NCBI GenBank assembly: GCA_965198365.1
Contig: OZ240617.1
Span: forward strand, 2,507,429-2,571,428
Length of the DNA: 64,000 bases
Origin: Candidatus Aldehydirespiratoraceae bacterium
Lineage (GTDB): Bacteria; Actinomycetota; Acidimicrobiia; Acidimicrobiales; Aldehydirespiratoraceae
Reading direction: 5' to 3'
In this document: in pieces, positions 44,754 through 52,268 of the stretch
How the letters are laid out: every line of letters starts with the position of its first letter
Numbering within the stretch: position 1 is the stretch's first letter
Position numbers and translations under genes: made by a program
Notes under the pieces: generated by a model
Told to the model about the DNA's origin: nothing
Databases searched by the model: none
What the model saw: only the letters and a program-made list of their open reading frames with translations

Positions 44754-46030
44754 GACAAGACTCCTTGGTGTTGCACCTGGAGGCTCAGTTTGGCATCGAT
44801 GGCAGAACGCAGCGTCTTGCGCATGGCGGTCACAGGCAGCGATTCCAGCACCTCATCGAGAAAACCCGCCACGATCAAGCGCTCTGCCTCGCCAGTCGGA
44901 ACACCACGGCTTTCCAAATAAAACTGCTGCTCGGCATCGACGGGGCCAACCGCCGAAGCATGACTACAGCGAACATCATTGTTTTCGATTTCAAGGTTGG
45001 GTACCGATTCAACCCAGGCGTTCTCACCGAGTTTCAGATTGCGGTTGGTCTGGAAGGCATTGGTCCCTCGGGCATCGGGACGCACTCGAATCAAGCCCGT
45101 GTAGATGCTGCGAGACTCGTCACTCACGACACCCTTGTAGAGCAGGTTGGAAGTTGTGTCCGCGGCGACATGGTCCTGATATGTGCGAAAATCGAGTCCT
45201 TGCCGACCGTCGCCGAAATACAACGCCAAAAGATCGCAGTTGGCACCGCGTCCGACTAAGCGAACATCGGATCGAGTACGGGCATAGTCACCACCGAAAG
45301 CCGCTGTGGAAGCAGTAAGCGAGGCGTCGCGGCCAGCCCTCGACAACTGCGACGAAAACTGCCATGTGCCCGAGCCGAGTTGCTGAACGTTGAGGTACCC
45401 CAGCCGACCAGCGGCAGAGACATCGAGTTCCGTCACCGGGCAAACCAGCAATGGGCCACTATCAGAGGTGTGGTGATCGAGAACTTCCGCCTGTGCATTG
45501 GCGCCAATGTCGACAACAAGCCGAGGGAACGCGGCGACCCGCTCGCCGGCGACATGGTGGGTCACCACAATCGGCCGCTTCAACACAACCCCAGATGGCA
45601 CTCGAATCAGAACCGGATCGGCCGCAAAAGCATCATTGAGAACCGTGAAGTAGTCAGAAGCCTCTAAAGACACCGCTCCCAGCAGAGTAGACCCCTCATC
45701 AACACCTGCGAGCGGGCCGACATACACGCCGGCAGCTACAAGTTCATCAGCTACATCGACCGCCACGACCCGCCCGTTGACAGTACGAACCACAGCCGCT
45801 GAGTCGATCTCGAACTCGAGTGCCGGAGCGTCACAAGTTTGCAACGACGGCACGAAATCAGCCAGGTCGAATTCTCCGATAGCGCTATAGCGCCACTCCT
45901 CATCGGCTACATCCGGCGGGACCGCTGAGGCAAAGGCCCGGGCTGCGCAAACCCGGCGGTCGACGAGCCATGCCGGACCAGCCAAAGCCCTCGCGGCATC
46001 GGTTGAGAATTCAGTCATGGCCCTGCCCAA
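44750..46030 (-). CDS. sufD: Fe-S cluster assembly protein SufD
   Basis: 426 aa. C-terminal ...NLEIENNDVRCSHASAVGPVDAEQQFYLESRGVP... SufBD fold signature. Confidence 0.85.
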   Translation of the reverse strand: MGRAMTEFSTDAARALAGPAWLVDRRVCAARAFASAVPPDVADEEWRYSAIGEFDLADFVPSLQTCDAPALEFEIDSAAVVRTVNGRVVAVDVADELVAAGVYVGPLAGVDEGSTLLGAVSLEASDYFTVLNDAFAADPVLIRVPSGVVLKRPIVVTHHVAGERVAAFPRLVVDIGANAQAEVLDHHTSDSGPLLVCPVTELDVSAAGRLGYLNVQQLGSGTWQFSSQLSRAGRDASLTASTAAFGGDYARTRSDVRLVGRGANCDLLALYFGDGRQGLDFRTYQDHVAADTTSNLLYKGVVSDESRSIYTGLIRVRPDARGTNAFQTNRNLKLGENAWVESVPNLEIENNDVRCSHASAVGPVDAEQQFYLESRGVPTGEAERLIVAGFLDEVLESLPVTAMRKTLRSAIDAKLSLQVQHQGVLS

Positions 46031-46129
46031 TAAAGACGGCCCGAGGGCCTGTAAACACCGGCAATGCTACCGGCTACACCGGCTGAACAGCACTCCAACG
46101 GCCCCGGCTAACACCCGCTCAAGCAACCC

Positions 46130-46507
46130 TCAGCGTCGGCGTCGTCGGAGAAAGCGACCCAGGCCTCGGCGCGCCGCTTTCTGCTGCTCCGCTTGGATCT
46201 CCTGTAGCACCTCTGGCGCGGCATCGTTGATGATGTCTTCAGCTGCATCAAGCAACGCGGCGATGCTGTCGTCGCTGCCCAGGCTGGTGGGTTCTTGCGG
46301 AGTGGCCGGGGTGATCAGCGATCCGTGACTCCAATTCACGTCCGCCATACGCCTGGTGTACTTCGGGCAGTCATCGGGGCAGCGCCAAGGGGCTTCGGGG
46401 GCCAGGTCAAGGTCGCACTTGCGCACGGTGTCGCCGTTGGCATACGTGCGGGATTCAAAGTACTTGCAGTCCTGGCGCATCGGCATGGTCTCATTGTCGC
46501 GCAGCAA
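46130..46507 (-). CDS. small 4-Cys hypothetical protein between sufB and sufD
   Basis: 125 aa (TTG start; alternative ATGs at codons 8 and 10). Cys pattern C-x16-C-x11-C-x3-C (CKYF...CDLD...WRCPDDCPKY), then an acidic helix and a poly-Arg tail. Same strand as the flanking suf genes. Confidence 0.5.
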   Translation of the reverse strand: MLRDNETMPMRQDCKYFESRTYANGDTVRKCDLDLAPEAPWRCPDDCPKYTRRMADVNWSHGSLITPATPQEPTSLGSDDSIAALLDAAEDIINDAAPEVLQEIQAEQQKAARRGLGRFLRRRRR

Positions 46508-46542
46508 TCACGCCACGTCACTAACCCAATCAGCAGAACCCC

Positions 46543-47946
46543 TCAGCCGACGCTGCCTTCCATCTGCAATTCGATCAAGCGGCTCCACTCAACCGCGTAT
46601 TCCATCGGCAGAGTACGAGTGACCGGCTCGATAAAGCCGTTGACAATCATGCCCATAGCCTGTTCTTCTGTCAGACCGCGGCTTTGGAGATAGAAAAGCT
46701 GCTCGTCGGCCACCCGGCTCACTGTGGCCTCATGACCGATGATGGCATCACCAGAACCGACCTCCATGTAGGGGTAGGTGTCGGAGACGGAATCCTCATC
46801 AAGGATGAGGGCATCGCACTGCACATGGCTCTTACAGCCGTAAGCATCGTCTTCGACTCGCACCAAACCCCGATACGAGGTGCGACCACCGTCTTTGGAG
46901 ATCGACTTTGAAACAATCTTGGAGCTGGTCTCCGGTGCTGCGTGAGTCATCTTGGCACCAGTGTCTTGATGCTGGTTCGGCCCTGCATAAGCGACGGAGA
47001 GAACCTCGCCCGAAGCTTTGGGACCAGCGAGCACGACCGCCGGGTATTTCATGGTCAGTTTCGAGCCGATGTTGCCGTCGATCCATTCCATGTGACCTTC
47101 AGCTTCCACGTAGGCGCGTTTGGTGACAAGGTTGAAGACGTTGTCTGACCAGTTCTGGATAGTGGTGTATGTGACCCGTGCCGATGGCTTCACCACGATT
47201 TCGACCACTGCTGAATGCAGCGAGTCGGAGGTGTAGGTCGGTGCTGAGCAGCCCTCGATGTAGTGCACCTTGGAACCCTCGTCTGCGATGATCAAGGTGC
47301 GTTCGAACTGGCCCATGTTCTCAGCGTTGATGCGGAAGTAGGCCTGCAACGGCATTTCGACCTCGACACCGGGGGGCACGTAGATGAACGAGCCTCCCGA
47401 CCAAGCGGAGCTGTTGAGCGCAGAGAATTTGTTGTCGTTGGGCGGGATGATCTTGCCGAAGTAGCGCTTGACCATGTCGGGATACTCCCGCAGCGCAGTG
47501 TCCATGTCGCAGAACAGCACGCCCTGTGCTTCGAGATCCTCACGGTTGCGGTGGTATACGACCTCAGATTCGTACTGGGCAGTCACGCCGGCGAGATACT
47601 TGCGCTCAGCCTCGGGGATACCAAGCTTCTCGTAGGTGTTCTTGATGGACTCGGGGACGTCATCCCAGTCGTCGCTGAGTTCTCCGGAGGGTTTGATGTA
47701 GTAGTAGATGTTGTCGAAGTCGATGTCGGACATGTCGCCACCCCAGTGGGGCATCGGGCGATTACCGAATCGCTGGTACGACTTCAGGCGAAAGTCGAGC
47801 ATCCACTGGGGCTCGCTCTTGAGCCAGGAGATCTCGCGAAGAATCTCTTCGTTGAGCCCTTTCTTGGGCTTGAAGACGTAGTCTTCCTCGTCATGCCACC
47901 CCAGTTGGTACTTGCCGAGGTCAACCCCGATATCGGTGGATGTCAT
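46543..47946 (-). CDS. sufB: Fe-S cluster assembly protein SufB
   Basis: 467 aa. ...[31 protein letters not shown]... and [22 protein letters not shown]. Normal length, no intein. Confidence 0.95.
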   Translation of the reverse strand: MTSTDIGVDLGKYQLGWHDEEDYVFKPKKGLNEEILREISWLKSEPQWMLDFRLKSYQRFGNRPMPHWGGDMSDIDFDNIYYYIKPSGELSDDWDDVPESIKNTYEKLGIPEAERKYLAGVTAQYESEVVYHRNREDLEAQGVLFCDMDTALREYPDMVKRYFGKIIPPNDNKFSALNSSAWSGGSFIYVPPGVEVEMPLQAYFRINAENMGQFERTLIIADEGSKVHYIEGCSAPTYTSDSLHSAVVEIVVKPSARVTYTTIQNWSDNVFNLVTKRAYVEAEGHMEWIDGNIGSKLTMKYPAVVLAGPKASGEVLSVAYAGPNQHQDTGAKMTHAAPETSSKIVSKSISKDGGRTSYRGLVRVEDDAYGCKSHVQCDALILDEDSVSDTYPYMEVGSGDAIIGHEATVSRVADEQLFYLQSRGLTEEQAMGMIVNGFIEPVTRTLPMEYAVEWSRLIELQMEGSVG

Positions 47947-47985
47947 GTTCGATCGCTCCTAGAGGCGCTGCTCTACCTATTTCTC

Positions 47986-47997
47986 CTATCTAGATAG
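47986..47997. promoter_or_regulatory. perfect 12-bp palindrome CTATCTAGATAG in the sufB upstream region
   Basis: Read directly, 40-51 nt upstream of the sufB ATG in a locally AT-rich stretch. Confidence 0.3.
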
Positions 47998-48039
47998 TAA
48001 CAAATATGAGCCAGAACGTCTACGTTTCTCGCCTCACGC

Positions 48040-48558
48040 TCAGTCGAGACGGCGAAGTTGTGCAGAGTAGCGTGCAGCGCGTCGGATGTAGCTCTGCGCG
48101 TTGACGTCATTGGCGCCGGTTTGAAGCGCATTCTCACGGATCCGGGCAGGCACCCCGAGGGCCATGGCCAACGTCGGTACAACCATCCTGCCCGGTACCA
48201 GAGCCGCGGCACCAACAAGTGCCTCAGGACCGATCACCGCATCATGCAGCACCACCGATCCCGTGCCGATCAGTGAACGATCAAGGACCCGACAGCCCTC
48301 AAGATGAGCGAGATGGCCGACCGTCACATAGTCGCCAACAATCGTGGAGTGGACCTCGGTGCAGTGCAGAACCGCACCATCTTGAATCGATGAGCCCCGT
48401 CCAATACTGATGACGTTGTCATCGGCGCGGATCACCGCCTGAGCCCATACGGAACTTTCTGCGCCGATGACAACGCTCCCAATGAGCGTGGCATCCGGGT
48501 GAATGTAGGCGTCGGAATGTATTTCGGGAACACGATCACCGAGCGCATAAATTGGCAT
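48040..48558 (-). CDS. gamma-carbonic anhydrase-like / hexapeptide-repeat (LbH) protein
   Basis: 172 aa. MPIYALGDRVPEIHSDAYIHPDATLIGSVVIG... typical YrdA/PaaY family. Confidence 0.85.
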   Translation of the reverse strand: MPIYALGDRVPEIHSDAYIHPDATLIGSVVIGAESSVWAQAVIRADDNVISIGRGSSIQDGAVLHCTEVHSTIVGDYVTVGHLAHLEGCRVLDRSLIGTGSVVLHDAVIGPEALVGAAALVPGRMVVPTLAMALGVPARIRENALQTGANDVNAQSYIRRAARYSAQLRRLD

Positions 48559-49037
48559 CAGATGTCCTCGAAACGGCCATAGCCGCCGCGGAAGAACAGC
48601 AGAGGCCCATTGTCGTTCTCGGTGCAGAGTGCTTTTACGAGTCCCACCACGATGTGGTGGTCACCTCCATCGTGGATGGCGTGGACCTCGCAATCGATCC
48701 AAGCAATAGAACCGCTGATAACGGGCGAACCGGTGATCCTTGTGCTCCATTCGACGCCGGCAAACTTGTCTTCTGACTTGCTCGCGAAAACGTCGCACAC
48801 GTCGGTTTGGTCGTCACCGAGCACGTTGACGCAAAATCTGTCCGTCCCCGACATCTGGGCCCAAGTCGCAGATTCCTTACCTGGACAGAACATGACCAGA
48901 GGTGGATCCAGCGAGACGCTGGCGAAAGATCCGATTGCCATGCCGACGGGACCTTCGCCAGTTGGCGCAGTCACCACTGTCACACCCGTGGGGAAGTGGC
49001 CGAGCACCCGGCGGAACTCACTTGAGTCAATAGACAT
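48558..49037 (-). CDS. flavin reductase family protein (FMN-binding split barrel)
   Basis: FRRVLGHFPTGVTVVT motif. Start set at ATG 49037 (MSIDSSEF...). Confidence 0.8.
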   Translation of the reverse strand: MSIDSSEFRRVLGHFPTGVTVVTAPTGEGPVGMAIGSFASVSLDPPLVMFCPGKESATWAQMSGTDRFCVNVLGDDQTDVCDVFASKSEDKFAGVEWSTRITGSPVISGSIAWIDCEVHAIHDGGDHHIVVGLVKALCTENDNGPLLFFRGGYGRFEDI

Positions 49038-49048
49038 CCGGTTCCCTT

Positions 49049-49954
49049 CTACGGCCGCACGGATTGCTCGCACAGGCCGGAGAAAGGCTCGCTCATGGCG
49101 GAGAAAGTCAGGCTCGTGCCTTCGGTGGCCGCTAGCACAGTGCTTACACCGACTTCCGAACCCCGTTCGCTCAGGCGCGCTCTCATCTCATCGAGAGAGG
49201 CGTCGTCGTGAGAGGGGTCGTGATGGAACAACACCAGCGTTTCAACACCGGCCTGACGGGCGACCTCAAGTGCGTACTCGGGCGTACTGTGACCCCAGGC
49301 CTGCTTCAACAACAATTCATCGGGCCAAAGTTGCCCGTCGTGGATCAGCAGGTCGGCACCATCACACAGTTCAAGAACGGACTCATCGACATGTCTGGGA
49401 TCGTTGATCGGTTCTTGGTGATCGGGAATATAGGCGATTGACAAACCATGAAGATTGAGCCGGTAGCCGTTGGTGGTGCCGACATGGGGTACCGGTCTCG
49501 ACATAATAGAGGCAAGGCCCACTGCAAAGTCGCTGTCGCAGACATCGTGGAATTTGATGGTGGCCGGCAGATCGGTGGTTCGAATCGGGAAGAACGGCGG
49601 GGCAATAAAACGATCAAACGCCTCGGCCAACGACTCTCCGCGTTCAGCGGACCCGTAGATGTTCAAGGTGGTGTCCGGACACAGCAACGGCGCAAAAAAT
49701 GGCAGACCTTGAATGTGGTCCCAGTGAAGATGTGTAACCAACGCATGCAGCGTCAACCCGCTCTGGGGCGACATTGCACAACCCCACGGGCGCAGCCCCG
49801 TACCCAGGTCCAAAACGATCGGGTCGTGATCGGCGGTTTCAACCGAGACGCAACTGGTGTTGCCGCCGTAGCGCTGCACCGTCGGGCAACTACACGGCGT
49901 CGAACCACGAACACCGTGGAACGACACTACAACAGTCTCTTGCGTTTCCCCCAT
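49049..49954 (-). CDS. MBL-fold metallo-hydrolase
   Basis: HLHWDHIQGLPFF (HxHxDH). Start uncertain (49954 or 49993). Confidence 0.7.
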   Translation of the reverse strand: MGETQETVVVSFHGVRGSTPCSCPTVQRYGGNTSCVSVETADHDPIVLDLGTGLRPWGCAMSPQSGLTLHALVTHLHWDHIQGLPFFAPLLCPDTTLNIYGSAERGESLAEAFDRFIAPPFFPIRTTDLPATIKFHDVCDSDFAVGLASIMSRPVPHVGTTNGYRLNLHGLSIAYIPDHQEPINDPRHVDESVLELCDGADLLIHDGQLWPDELLLKQAWGHSTPEYALEVARQAGVETLVLFHHDPSHDDASLDEMRARLSERGSEVGVSTVLAATEGTSLTFSAMSEPFSGLCEQSVRP

Positions 49955-50039
49955 TGCCTTTGCACCGTACGCGAGCCGACCAGCCTCGCACACCGAGTGT
50001 GACAGATGTCGCTTCTGTCAGCGTGACCGCCAACTTCTT

Positions 50040-51506
50040 GTGTGCCACAGTTGGCGAGTGCCCAATACCAAAACCGCTCCGCTCCCCGATGGTCTCGTAG
50101 CCGTTGTCAAAAAGGACTGCCCGACTTGTGTTCTAGTGGCACCAGTCTTAGCCGATCTGGCCGAACGCATTGGAGTCTCAGTCATCACCCAAGACGACCC
50201 CACCTTTCCCCAAAGCGCCGACTGGGTAACCCACGATGCCGACCTCGCCTTGTCATGGCATAACCAAATCGAGACAGTACCCACGCTGCTGCGAGTCGAC
50301 GACGGTTCCGAAGCCGATCGCATAGTCGGTTGGTCTCGCCAGGCTTGGGAAGAGTTCACTGGGCTCAACGGTCTCGGAACCGACCTTCCCGATTGGAGAC
50401 CCGGATGCGGCTCACTGAGTGTCGATCCCAACCTCAGCGATGAACTCGCCGTGCGCTTCTCAGGTTCAATACTAAAAAGTCGGCGAATCGAACTCGCCGA
50501 GTTGGAAGATGACGTAGAAGCCATGTTCGACCGCGGGTTCAGTGATGGAATGCCGGTCGTACCCCCAACCGAGGCGCGTGTGCTGAGAATGCTTGAAGGC
50601 ACAAGTCGCTCAGCGGAGGAGGTGGTGGCCGTCATACCACCCGATCTGGTCGAATGCACCGTCGAGAAAGTGGCTGTCAACGCAGTAATGGCCGGCTGCA
50701 AGCCCGAGTATCTCCCTGTGGTGCTGAGCGCGGTCGAAGCAGCCTGCACCGACGAGTTCAACATGCACGGACTGTTGGCCACCACTATGCCGGTAGGTCC
50801 AATCCTGATCGTCAACGGACCCGTCCGTCACGAAATTCACATGAACAGCGGCCTCAATCTGTTGGGCCAAGGGAACCGCGCCAACAACACCATCGGCCGT
50901 GCTCTCCAGTTGGTTGTTCGCAATGTCGGTGGAGGCAAACCCGGCGGTGTCGACCGCGCCACCCAGGGCAGCCCCTCAAAGATCGGGTTGTGCTTCGCCG
51001 AAGACGAAGAGGGCAGCGCCTTCGACACCTTCGCCGAATCCCGCGGTTTCGACCGCAACGTCTCCACCGTCACCCTGTTCCCCGGGGAAGGCCCCCGACT
51101 GATGTTCGATCAGAAGTCGCGTTCGCCGGAATCGCTCACCAAGCACTTCGCCGAAATGCTGCGCGTCAACGTCAGCCCGAGAATGGTCATGTCGATGGAA
51201 ACCGTGATCGTGATGAGTCCTGAACATATGGCCCGATACCGAGATGCCTCCTGGGACAGGGCCCGCTTTCTGGCAGAACTTGAAGCGCTGCTAATGATCG
51301 ACGGCGACGACATAATTGCCGGCTCCGGCGGAATCGAAGAGGGTATGCCGACAGTCCTCGCAGGCCGTCAGCTACCGAAGTTCCCGCCTGGAGGGATTCA
51401 TGTTGTTCACGGAGGCAGCCGTGCTGGGTTGTTCTCTTCTACCATCGCTGGTTGGGTGACCGGCGCAACCGGTAGCGTGACTGTCACAAAGGAGATCACT
51501 CGATGA
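50040..51506 (+). CDS. thioredoxin-fold (CPTC) N-terminal domain fused to a ~370-aa domain of unknown function
   Basis: 488 aa. VAVVKKDCPTCVLVAPVL...IETVPTLLRV is a Trx-like unit. The remainder is not recognised. ATGA overlap with the next gene. Confidence 0.6.
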   Translation: MCHSWRVPNTKTAPLPDGLVAVVKKDCPTCVLVAPVLADLAERIGVSVITQDDPTFPQSADWVTHDADLALSWHNQIETVPTLLRVDDGSEADRIVGWSRQAWEEFTGLNGLGTDLPDWRPGCGSLSVDPNLSDELAVRFSGSILKSRRIELAELEDDVEAMFDRGFSDGMPVVPPTEARVLRMLEGTSRSAEEVVAVIPPDLVECTVEKVAVNAVMAGCKPEYLPVVLSAVEAACTDEFNMHGLLATTMPVGPILIVNGPVRHEIHMNSGLNLLGQGNRANNTIGRALQLVVRNVGGGKPGGVDRATQGSPSKIGLCFAEDEEGSAFDTFAESRGFDRNVSTVTLFPGEGPRLMFDQKSRSPESLTKHFAEMLRVNVSPRMVMSMETVIVMSPEHMARYRDASWDRARFLAELEALLMIDGDDIIAGSGGIEEGMPTVLAGRQLPKFPPGGIHVVHGGSRAGLFSSTIAGWVTGATGSVTVTKEITR

Positions 51507-52021
51507 CTGTTGTTCTTGATCCCACCGCTGAGTTGCGGCCCAACAAACGTGAGCGTGTCGCTCGACCCGAGTCTCTCAACGGACTAACGGTCGGACTACT
51601 CGACATCTCCAAGCCCCGGGGAGACATTTTTCTCAACCGCGTAGAGCAGAAGCTGACCGGCCTCGGCGTCAACGTGAAGCGCTTCAAAAAGCCGACGTTC
51701 ACCAAGCCGGCGCCGGTCGATCTGCGCCATGAGATTGCCGTGTCCTGCGACGCGGTGATCGAAGCGCTCGCCGATTGAGGTTCCTGCACGACGTGCAGTG
51801 TGCACGACATCAACGATCTGGAACGCCGCGGCATTCCAGGAGTGTTCGTTGCCACCGTTGAGTTCGCCGACGGTGCCGAGCAACAAAGCAAGAGCCTCGG
51901 AGGTGACATAGCCCACGTCTTGACCGAGCACCCCATCCAGGACCGCACCGACTCAGAGATGGTCGCTATCGCCGATCAAGCAATCGACGCCCTGTTGAAT
52001 TCACTCACAGGCCCCGGTTGA
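51503..52021 (+). CDS. small U-G-S-C motif protein with in-frame TGA (51776-51778); candidate selenoprotein
   Basis: Track ORFs 51503-51778 and 51800-52021 share one frame. Read-through gives ...CDAVIEALAD-U-GSCTTCSVHDINDLERRGIPGVFVATVEF... (172 aa). Hairpins lie directly after the TGA. Confidence 0.6.
51784..51806 (+). promoter_or_regulatory. overlapping alternative hairpins 6-30 nt downstream of the in-frame UGA (candidate SECIS)
   Basis: CUGCAC-GAC-GUGCAG (51784-51798) or CGUGCA-GUG-UGCACG (51792-51806). The second has a GUG apical loop about 20 nt from the UGA. Confidence 0.4.
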
Positions 52022-52240
52022 CCCCACCAACCACGCCAGCCAACAGGTCGCGCCGACCCGCCAGTCACGCCGCGAACAAGCCACGCCGACCGCCGAGTCA
52101 CGCCAGCCAACAGGTCGCGCCGACCAGCCAGTCACGCCGCGAACAAGCCACGCCGCGAACAAGCCACGCCAACCAACAAGCCGCGCCGACCGGCCAGCCA
52201 CGCCAGCCAACAAGCCGCGCCGACCCGCCAGCCTCGCCGT
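52022..52240. repeat. GC-rich minisatellite (degenerate ~16-17-nt CACGCC... subunits forming ~50-nt higher-order repeats)
   Basis: CACGCCAGCCAACAGGTCGCGCCGACC(C/A)GCCAGTCACGCCGCGAACAAGC occurs twice (about 52032 and 52100), with further CACGCCGCGAACAAGC / CACGCCAGCCAACAAGCCGCGCCGACC variants. Convergent intergenic region. Confidence 0.8.
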
Positions 52241-52268
52241 AGCAGCGAAGCTAGGTACTGGCCAATAG

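Noticed and set aside
44291-45259. 322-aa plus-strand ORF antisense to the sufC/Rieske/sufD genes
   Set aside because: It is Arg/Pro/His-rich with no motifs, and it overlaps three well-supported minus-strand suf genes. It is a GC-driven shadow ORF.
46543-47946. Intein in SufB (as in mycobacterial SufB)
   Set aside because: The ORF is 467 aa, the normal intein-free SufB length, and it has a contiguous conserved sequence.
50018-50815. 265-aa minus-strand ORF antisense to the thioredoxin-fusion gene
   Set aside because: It is Ser/Thr/Arg-rich low-complexity translation. The plus-strand frame is longer and carries a CPTC thioredoxin unit and operon coupling.
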